NCBI RefSeq assembly: GCF_009834535.1 | Contig: NC_045696.1 | Coordinates: forward strand, 68,140,001-68,200,000 | Origin: Camelus ferus | Taxonomy: Eukaryota | Direction of reading: 5' to 3' | Length of the DNA: 60,000 bases | Shown here: positions 50,717 through 60,000 of the stretch, in pieces | How the letters are laid out: each line of letters starts with the position of its first letter | How positions within the stretch are numbered: the first letter of the stretch is position 1 | Program-made: the position numbers and the translations under genes | Notes under the pieces: generated by a model | The model's input: the letters and a program-made list of their open reading frames with translations, nothing else | The model's database searches: none | Told to the model about the DNA's origin: nothing

Positions 50717-51096
50717 TGTGGATGCTGTGACACCGTGCCTGACACCCCCCCCCCCCCCGCCGCCGAACCGAGGCACTCATTTCTGCCCCTCACCACTGCT
50801 GGGTCGCAGCTGCTCCCCACCAGGAATTGTCTTAGGTCAAAGGGAGCTGCCATACTCCAGGTAACACCCCCATCCTGGGCACAGTGCACATTCAATGTAT
50901 AGATGATGTGGGTACAAAAGCCCGGCCCCTTGCGTCAACAGAGGATGATTCCGAAGGGCAGTTCTAGAGCCAGGTCTAGACCAGCCTTGCCTGCTGTCCA
51001 GTCCTCTCCTTCTGTCCAGTCCTGCGTCCTTCACATTCCCAATAAACTCCTTGCTCACAAAATCTCAGAGTCTTCTTTGCAGGGAACCCTAAGACA
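50717..51096 (+). mobile_element. LTR16-like (ERVL) solo LTR
   Basis: tgtggatgctgtg...gaggcactcatt...aagggagctgcc...gcccggccccttgcgtcaa...cccaataaactccttgc...tctcagagtc...gggaaccctaagaca; TG...CA ends and an AATAAA. Confidence 0.8.
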
Positions 51097-52069
51097 ATCT
51101 GTATCAGACTCTCGCTGGCTCCGTCCCCCACAATCAGTTGCCATGTTGCCTAGGCGAGAACTAATCTCCCACTAAGTCTTTTATTAGATTTGCTTCCTGT
51201 ACTTGAAGCTGAGACAAGCCATATACAAATAAATGACATGTGGGTGCACCTGAAAGAACTGGTGGATCATTCCTTTGAAACTTCTCAAGACAATGAAGGT
51301 TAAAATGAAAGGAAGGCAATAAAAACAGTACAGTAACGTTTCTGTAGTAGTTGTCACTTTCCAAATCTGTTTCACATGAAGCATTGGACCCAGTTTATGT
51401 GATGCCCCGTTTGCTTGGCCCACCCATCCCCCGGGCCCTCCACATACTCAGGGGAGAGCCCCGCATCTCCTACCCCTGCCACCTTTCTCAGACACCCCCC
51501 ACCCCTGTCACACCGGGACTGGGCTCTGGCATGACCTCCAACACGCTCAGTGCGTGGCAGCCCCAGTGTTGCAGCTCCAGGGCCCAGGGCCGCCAGATAG
51601 GACCACTTGAGCCTGTCTCCTCTTGCTGTGTCTAGATTTAGAGACCAGGTCAGATCTTGGATGGCCAGTGGCTGCCCAGAGGAACAGGGCGATGCCACCT
51701 GGAAGTCCAGAAATCTCCTCCATGGGATAAAATTTGTCTGTCAAGAGACTGGTAACTGTTAGACTCTCACCTTTCCTCTGCCCCCTCCCTGCCCCAACAA
51801 TGACACCTAACAGAGGTTCCATCTGTCCTACGTAAAGACATGGCACAAAACAGCCCTGGATGCGTCATCTGGCGATGCTGTGGCCATAATGGTGCTCATC
51901 TTTTTGGACTTGTTTCCCCTCCTTTCTGCCTCCCTTCCCTTTTCCCCTCTTGCTACCCTGGGATTACAACCCCCACAAAAAGCATCAGCATGTAAGCTTT
52001 GCTTCACATATTTCTCCCTATTTAACCCAGATGAAGACACAGACATTTCCTTATTTGACTGATGTTCAC

Positions 52070-52210
52070 AAGAAGTCATTCCTTGTGGGTAGGAGTTATT
52101 ACTGCCATTTTTTGGTTGAGTAAACTCGAGTTGAGTGAGCTACCCAAGACCGAAGCCACGCGGTAAGTGGCAGATCAGGGCTCAGCCTGCCTGTTCCATC
52201 TTCACATGGG
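52070..52210 (-). mobile_element. MIR SINE fragment
   Basis: gtaggagttattactgccattttttggttgagtaaactcgag...ggtaagtggcagatcaggg. Confidence 0.6.
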
Positions 52211-52469
52211 GTGTTTTTCGTACACTTGAATGTAAGTTTCCATCGAGAGTTACAAGAACCAGTTAACCATGTCTTTTCCTCTAAAGATGGTGTCTAGGGG
52301 AAGGGGTAGGCTGTAGTCACTAGAGAGTACATTGAGGAGCCCCCTGAGAGGGGGCAGATGAGTTGAGATGAGAGGCCCATAGACTCTGGCTGACTTTCAC
52401 TTCCCACCCATTCAGGATCAAGCGTGCACTGTCAGGACTGATGGAAGTACAGAGAACACTGTTGGAGGG

Positions 52470-52920
52470 GATATTAGTTCCCCAGGGCTCCTGTGACAAA
52501 TGGCCACAAACTGGGTGACTTAACAGCAGAAATGTATTCTTTCACAGTTTTGGAGGTCAGAAGTCTCAGATCGAGATTCCGTGGGGCCATGCTCCTTCTG
52601 CAGGCTCTAGGGAGACCCTCTCCCTTGCTTCTCGCAGCTCCTGCTGGTTGTCCGTAATCCTTGCCTTGTCGGTCACATCTCTCTGCTTAGTCTTCATGTG
52701 ACTGTTCTCTTGTGTGTGTGCGTGATCTCCCGTGGCCTTTCTGTTTATTAGGACACTTGTGATGGCATTTAGGGCCCACATGGATAATCCAGGGTAAATT
52801 CATCTCAATATGCTGAATTTAATTACATCTACAAAATCTCTTTTTCCAGAAAGGTAACACTTATAAAATCTAGGCATTAGAATTTGTTGTATTTGGGTGG
52901 CTATTATTCAACCTACTACC
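52470..52920 (-). mobile_element. MLT1 (B/C-like) solo LTR
   Basis: tattagttccccagggctcctgtgacaaatggccacaaactgggtgacttaacagcagaaatgtattctttcacagttttggagg...ggcatttagggcccac...tattcaacctactac. Confidence 0.9.
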
Positions 52921-53881
52921 CTCTGTAAGGGGCCGCTTTGCCTAGAGACATTGGAGTGTCCTTAAACAAGCTTATAACCAGTTCTGAGTATTCTTTGACT
53001 TTACGCTATTTATCATATCTACTGGTGTGGCGGTGGAGTATTCTGGGTGGTAGAGATAGCGGAAGCCAAGCTTTCCGCGGATTCAGCAGTGAGCTGGAAG
53101 CGGCACCAGAGTGAATTTGCCCTGCCCCACCCCCCAACCTTAGGGATGGGAGAAGTTTGCTCAGTTACTGTGTCTGGATAGGGATGCAGTTCCTTTCCTG
53201 CTGGGATCATAGAGAATGCTGGGCTGTACTGCCTGTGTTTGAATTCTCAGTTGCCATCAATAACTCTGATCCAATATTTATATTTTGCAGAACTATTTCA
53301 AGGTATGTTTTGGAGGGAAGAATCTCAATCACAAATATTTGCAGTACTCAACCTTGTTGCGCTCTGGTCAGTGATGTTGGAAGCGGGTCATGTGTAGCAC
53401 TGAGGCACCCTACAGACACGCCTGGTTGGACAGTTTACCGGCAGTGCTGTCTTCTTAGACGTCTTGTAGAGAGGACAGAAGTGCTGAAGGAAGAGAACAT
53501 GCAGTACCTAACGGAGGGCCGCATGCCATGCAGACGGTCTTTGCAAAACCCAGCTTCCTTCTTTTGTTTATTCTTAGGCAGCTGCCTCTTCATTTTCCTC
53601 AAGGGCTTCATCTAATTTTACTATGACCTGTTCCTTCAAGTTCCCTACCCAGTTCTCAAGTCCTTGCTTCCAGAAGTCAGTATCACTTCCAATTTCTTGA
53701 AAATTCAGTCACCTGAATTACTCCTTCCTTCCTCCCCCACTAGCACCTGCAAACCTACCTTCATACCTGTCCTTTCCTCCTACTCTCAGTCTTGGAGCCA
53801 TTCAAAGTCAGGTCCTATGCTGACATGGATCTTCAGCCTTTCCTACATCCTCCAGGCCTTCCTTCCATCAATTAGCCCCAC

Positions 53882-55360
53882 TTTTAATAACAGCTTTATT
53901 AAAATATAATTTGCATACTATAAAAGTCCCCCTTTTTATGATTTTTAAAATTGAATTATAGTTAATTTACAATGTTGTGTTAGTTTTAGGCATACATCAA
54001 AATGATTCCATTATACATATATATTCTTTTTCAGATTCTGTTCCATTATTACAAGATACTAAATATTGTTCTCTGTGCTATACAGTAAGTCCTTGTTGTT
54101 TGTCTATTTTATATATAGTAGTATGTATATAGTAATGCCAAATTCCTAATTTATCCTTCCCCTCAACCTTTCTTCTTTGGTAACCATAAGTTTGTTTCTT
54201 ATGTCTGTGAGTGTATTTCCATTTTTTGTATCATTTTTTTAGACTCCATATAACCTATATCCTATGATGCTTGTCTTTCTCTGTCTGGATTACTTCACTT
54301 GATATGATAATCGCTAGGTCCATCCATGTTGCTGCAAATGACATTATTTCAGTCTTTTTTATGGCTGAGTAATATTCCATTGTGTATATATGTTTATACA
54401 TATATAAAATATATATATATACACCACATCTTTTTTACGTATTCTTCTGTTGATAGACATTTAGACTGCTTCCATGTCTTGGCTACTGTAGATGGTGCTG
54501 CTGTGAACATTGGGGTGCATGTATCTTTTCAAATTAGGATTTTCTCCAGATATGTCAGGAGAGGGATTGCTAGATCATATAGTAACTCTATTTTTAGTTT
54601 TTTAAGGGACCTCCATACTATTCTCCATAGTGGCTGCACCAATTTACTTTCCCACCAACAGTGTAGGAGGGTTCCCTTTTCTCCACACCCTCTCCAGCAT
54701 TTATTATTTGTAGACTTTTTGATGATGGCCATTCTGACTGGTGTGAGGTGATATCTCATTGTAATTTTGATTTGCGTTTCTCTAATAATTAGCAATGTTG
54801 AGCATCTTTTCACGTGCCTGTTGGCCATCTGGATATCTTCTTTGGAGAGATGTCTATTTAGGTCTTCTGCCCATTTTTTGATTGGGTTGTTGGTTTTTTG
54901 ATATTAAACTGTATGAGCTGTTTGTACATTTTGGAAATTAATCCCTTGTCAGTGGCATCATCTGCAAATATTTCCTCCCAGTCTGTAGGTTGTCTTTTTG
55001 TTTTAAAATTCCCCTTTTGAAGTATAAAATTCAGCATTTTCTGGTATACTGATGAAGTTTTGTATTAATTCCCGCTATCTAATCTTCTAATATTTTCTTC
55101 ACCACAAAAAGAAACCCTGTACCCATTAGCAGTCTGTCCTCATTTCCATTCCCATTATTTCTGATTCTCAACTTTATTCCATTGATCTCTATGTCTGTTG
55201 TCAGTTCCCACTGTCTTGATTACTGTAGTTTTGTAGTGAGTTTTGAAATCAAGACTTGTGAGTTCTCCAACTTTGCTGTTCTTTAAGATCGTTTGGTTAT
55301 TTTGACTCTTTTGCATTTCCATATGATTATTAGGATTAACTGCCACTTTCTACAAAAAAT
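53882..55360 (-). mobile_element. Old LINE-1 (L1MB-like) host, split by a younger L1
   Basis: ttttaataacagctttattaaaatataatttgcatactataaa resumes as ttttgaagtata...aaaagaaaccctgtacccattagcagtc; ORF2 remnant at 55155-55346 (DFKTHYKTTVIKTV...DQWNKVE). Confidence 0.85.
53938..55003 (-). mobile_element. Young 5'-truncated LINE-1 (ORF2 C-terminus and 3' UTR)
   Basis: ORF 54529-54828 reads [38 protein letters not shown]...[17 protein letters not shown]; imperfect TSD taaaagtcccccttt (53921) / taaaattcccctttt (55004). Confidence 0.96.
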
Positions 55361-56775
55361 ACTAGAAGATAATGAAGCAGCATCGGACTGTTAGCCTGGG
55401 AAAGATTGGCCATCTCTGCCCGGAGGCTCGTCCTCCCCACACTCCTCTGACACTGAGTCCTGAAGTACCGCTGAAATGTGTGTCACTGTGTCCTGAAGGC
55501 AATAGGAAAATATACATTAAACAAACAGGAAAAAAAAGGAGGCCCAAAGAAAAACCCACCAACAGCCATACATGGCAGGTGTACAGACTCCTCCTCATTC
55601 TACAGCCCTCCCCAACCCTCCCATCCTGTAACGCTGCTGAGGTCGAGGTAGAACAGGAACAAAGAGGGACTTCCTCAGGGTAGAGGGCACAAAACTCTTC
55701 TTACACTTCTTCACCTGCTCCAGGGCTCCCTCTTCCCTAAAGACTCTCATTTCTTCTTCAATAGGAAGGAATCGCTCCCTCCTCTGCTTTTACAAGGCAC
55801 TCTGATATGTCTGAAGTTCTCAGGGCATTTGTTCCCGGGCTGGCTGTGAATCCAAGGGCAGGACTGTGTTATCCATCGCTGTATTCTCCTTGGTGTTCAG
55901 GCTCCTTAGGGCAGTGATCTGCAAAACGTGTGTAGCCTGGGGAGATACAAAGACCAATCTTTTGGAGAGTGGGAAGAAAGTATTGGAACCTCATTTATGC
56001 TTATTTCTAATCCAAGATAAGAAAGAATTCAAGCTTTATTATTCTTTAATACATAGATCGACAGGAGTATGCACATATAAAACATAAATAAATAATAAAT
56101 GAGGAATGCTCTAATTTTTTTATGGCTTAGATTTGGTTAGGAATGTTTGGGACCACACCACTAGGTGCTGAATTAATTATTGTTGCATGAAGTAACTCGA
56201 AAGTATTTGATGATAAATAGGAAACTTCATTTGCAAAGAAGCAGCTGAGTTATTAAATGTGTCCATTTATTCCCACCAACAAACAAATACAGATATTACT
56301 TGGTGTCTTTTATGTATAGGGCAATGTTTTAGGCCCTGTGGGTTGTTTTGTTGCTCAAAGATGAACATAATATGTGTGTAAGTACCTTGAAGAAGTTTTA
56401 ACTCCACATTAAATATAATAGCAGAACGTATGTGAGGTTATAGGGGAGTCTGTGGGGAGATAGGCCCCCTCATTGTGTCCTCAAAAATCTTTAAAAATAA
56501 AAAGTTCATTCATTGACCCAGCAAGTCTACTTCTAACAATGTATCTAAAGTGTAATTAAGGATTTGTGTGAATATTTAGCTACAAGAATGATCATCACAG
56601 CATCATTTCTAACACTGAAAAATCAGAAACCATCCAAATTTCCAACAACATGGGATCGCTTACACAGTAAGTGTTAAATCCATTCAATGGAGCACAGCCC
56701 AATTATTAAAATTGATATATAGATGCATATTTAATTACATTGAAGGCTATTTAGAACATTTAAAATTAAAATGTT

Positions 56776-56960
56776 GCGGGGGGTATGGCTCAAGTGGTAG
56801 AGTGCATGCTTGGCATGCACAAGGTCCTGGGTTCAATCCCCAGTACTTCCATCAAAAAAATGAACTAAATAAATAAACATAATTACCTCCCCTCTGAAAA
56901 AAGAAAGAAAGAAAGAGAGAAAGAAAATAAAAAGAAAAAATAAAATAAAATAAAATAAAA
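56776..56960 (+). mobile_element. Vic-1-like SINE (copy 5) with a (GAAA)n/(TAAAA)n tail
   Basis: gggggtatggctcaagtggtagagtgcatgcttggcatgcacaaggtcctgggttcaatccccagtacttcc; TSD taaaattaaaatgt (56761) / taaaataaaaatgt (56961). Confidence 0.92.
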
Positions 56961-57059
56961 TAAAATAAAAATGTGTTATACAGTATTACTGAATACAAAA
57001 TGATTCTATTAATATACATGCATATAGGAAAAGATTCAGGTGGAATGTGCTAAGATTTT

Positions 57060-58538
57060 TTTTAGTTTTAGTTTTTAAATCAACATACTGTAAAGTACAG
57101 TTGCTTGAGTTTTAACTCTGTATAACTTTGTGTAACCACCACAACAATCAGGACAGACAGTTCCATCACTTGAAAAAAAGAAACCTTGTACTACCCTTTG
57201 AAATTAAACCCAAATCCCTGGCAACCACTAATTTTCTGTTGCTAGAGTTTGGCCTTTTCCAGAATGTCATATAAATGGAATCATAACTTAAGAATCATAA
57301 CTTAAGCACTTAACTTAAGAACTGACTTCTTTCACTCAGTATAATGCGTTTGCGGTATGGCAGAAACAGTTATTTTCTTTTCATTGTTGATGAACATCGG
57401 TTTTTTCTGTAAGCGTGTTTTGCTGGGTCATAAGGTAAGTGTACGTTTTACTTTATAAAAACCTATTAAACTGTGTACGGACGATTTTACCTTTATACTT
57501 TTTCACCGGCAAAGTAGAATACCAGTTCCTCTGCATGCCACCACTTGGTAATGTCATGTTTCTTTTCCTTTTTTTTTTTTTTTTTCTATTTTAGCCATTC
57601 TAATAGATATGTAGTGGTCTCTCATCATGGTTTTCATTTTTATTTCCTAATGGCTAATGATGTCAAATATCTCCTTATGTGTTTATTTGCCATCTGTAAA
57701 TCCTCTATGATGAAATGTCTATTCAAGTCTCTTACCCATTTTGAAAAATTGGATTGTGTGTTTTCTTATGGTTGAGGTTTGACAGTTCTTTATATATTCT
57801 AGCTACAAGGCCCTTGTCAGATATGTGATTTGCAACTATATTCTCCCAGCCTTTACCTTGTCTTTTCATTCTCTTAGTATTATCTTTCATAGAGAGAAAG
57901 CTTTTAATTTTTATAAAGTCTGATCAATTTATCAATTTTTTTCTGTCATGTATTGTGTTTTTTGTGTCATATCTAAGAGACTTTGTGTCATACCTAATCT
58001 TAGGTCATGAAGGTTTTCTCTTAGTTCACTTCCAAAAGTTTTATAGCTTTATATTTTATATTTGTATCTGAGATCCATTTTACAGTTTTTTTCTATAACT
58101 TGTAAAGATTAGTTGTAGTGGCTCATGTATTTGCATATGGTCCCAGCATAACTTTTTGATAATAAATTAAATTGCCTTTGTGCTCTGTAAAATATCAACT
58201 GGCCATACATGGGTAAATTTATTTATGGACTCTGTATTCTGTTCCAATGATCTCTGTGTCTATCCTTTTGCCAAAACCACACTGATTACTTTATAGTAGG
58301 TGTTGAAGTCGGGTAGGGTGAATCCTCCATTTTTATTCTTCTTTTTCAATTTTGTTTTGGTTATTCTAGTTCCTTTGCCTTTCTATATAAACTTTAGAAT
58401 CAGCTTCTTTGAATCTACCAAAAAAACTTTCTAGGATTGTTATTGGAATTTGATTAGTTCCACAGGTCAGTTCACAAAGAATTGACATCTTAACTATACT
58501 GAGTCTTCTAATCCATGAACATGGTATATCTCTCCATT
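57060..58538 (-). mobile_element. Old LINE-1 (L1MB/L1MC-like) 3' portion
   Basis: ccctggcaaccacta...ttttccagaatgtcatataaatggaatcata...ttagccattctaatag...aactttagaatcagctt...agaattgacatcttaac; TSD tgtgctaagatttt (57046) / tgcactaagatttt (58539). Confidence 0.92.
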
Positions 58539-60000
58539 TGCACTAAGATTTTAGCAAAGTTTTTGGTCAGATTATGGTTGTTTTCTTTTTTCTTATTTGC
58601 TTACTGTGATAGTGTCTTGTTTTCAAAATTTATTATTTTTACCTTAGAAATTAAAAATTTAAACATTTAAAGGCCTTTCAGTAGGCAATGTTCATGGCAG
58701 ATCAGGAGAAGAGTGGAAATGGAGATTACGGGTGTCCATCATGTAGAGTTGGGAGCAGAGCCAGCTGCCAGTGGGGTGAGGGGTTCTAGTAGATAGACGT
58801 GACATCTGGAAGTATGGTGTGAGGTAGCTCTTGTTCAGAGTCAGGGAGTACCAGGCAGAGGTGGAAGTTCTAGCAGAAAGTCTGCCAGTGATGAGGTAAT
58901 GCCACATACTGATTCAGGGTCTGGGCATTGTAGGGGGTTAATGTCCTAGCTATTGGGATTCAGGAAGGGGAGCAAGGGCTTGGGATAGATGGCAAGCATT
59001 CCAGACACTAAAACTGGAGCACACACAGAGGCTGTGAGAGTGGAACAAGGCAGCAATCTAAACATGAACTTGACGTGACTATGGAAGGATTGGCCAAGTA
59101 CTCTCAATTCTGAGTCTTTTGGGGATCTGGGGATCTAGACTAATACTCCTAATATTCTACTTGACTAAGTCCAAAATTGATCCTAGGAATGATATAATGT
59201 TGAGCCTGAAGGTGGAATTCAAGTAGCCTCAGTTGTGAGAAGAGGAGGAATGTTGGGGTAGAAAGTCAGGTGGAGCATTGCTCATTTGTTCACTTAGTCA
59301 CCCAATATTTACCACATGAAAGGCATTCTCACTGTCATTGCTACAGTCCACAGTAATGCTGTCTACTTGTGGAATGAGCAGATAGTATGCCTACACACGC
59401 TTGAACACACCCACCCGTTCACACACACGTGTTGCTCATGCGCACACGCATGGGTTGTTGCACAGGAGGAATGGCAAGCATTGGACAAATGCCAGCCGGG
59501 AAACCCACAGTGATCCTGAGCCTCGGGCACTGGGAGCCCCATGGATCAGTTCACAAGGTAGCCGCTAACATCAAAGAGCACTGGAATTATTCCAGAACTG
59601 GGACAAAGGTAGCTGTAACCCTGAGGTCTTGTGACACCAGAGAATAAGCGGATGCATTTCCTTGGGACTTAAAAAAATTTGTAGGTGGCATTTAACAGCT
59701 GAGCCTAGGGACATAAAGAACTGACCAAAGAAGGGAAGGGGACTTATAAAAATATATTAAATAGTTCTTGATTTAGGTAGCAACATGAATGGGGTTACGT
59801 TTTTTTCCAACAAGAAAAGGGATTAGCAGCTTCTTTTCAGCATCTAAAAGTGAGAAGACAGCCAGTCTTCTGAACTTAAACTTGCTTATTAGAAGCCCTT
59901 ATCACAAACCATCACTCTCTGTGTATTGATTTCTAGCCAACGATTAACCAGATGTGACCTTAGAGCCTTGATAATAGCTGGAGAACTCACTCAACAGAGA

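Larger units (their letters stand above)
56500..58670 (+). mobile_element. Ancient L1ME-like host, split by a Vic-1 and an antisense L1
   Basis: ttgacccagcaagtctacttcta...tacaagaatgatcatcacagcatcattt...ggaaaagattcaggtggaatgtgctaaga resumes as ttttagcaaag...gattatggttgttttc. Confidence 0.65.

Noticed and set aside
50221..50895. Longest ORF in the window (224 aa)
   Set aside because: Starts inside an LTR16-like element, crosses a poly-C run and a tandem duplication, and has no recognisable homology
1..60000. CRISPR arrays, operons or prokaryote-type systems; known miRNA or snoRNA genes
   Set aside because: The sequence is mammalian; I found no regularly spaced repeat-spacer array and recognised no mature miRNA or snoRNA

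Overview
Mammalian genomic DNA, very probably camelid (camel, alpaca or llama): five copies of a tRNA-Ala-derived SINE match the camelid Vic-1 family, and I see no Alu, B1/B2, Bov-A/tA, PRE-1 or CAN SINEs. The window looks intergenic or deep intronic and I cannot support any protein-coding exon. The only ORFs with a recognisable product are LINE-1 ORF2 remnants or their antisense reads. Interspersed repeats dominate: young and old L1s (several nested, with readable target-site duplications), many MIR and L2 remnants, L3/CR1, MLT1 and LTR16 solo LTRs, and hAT transposon fossils. The best functional candidate is a GC/CpG-rich element at ~40.65-41.75 kb carrying a perfect CArG box, MCAT/ETS motifs, CCAAT and GC boxes and a G4 motif. 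Other points of note are a triple-nested L1/L1/SINE with a possible short 3' transduction, an inverted pair of near-identical L1s, a well-spaced TATA-Inr, and several repeat-poor blocks that could be enhancers. I found no evidence of a novel biological system. Repeat subfamily names come from memory of consensus sequences, and most boundaries are approximate.
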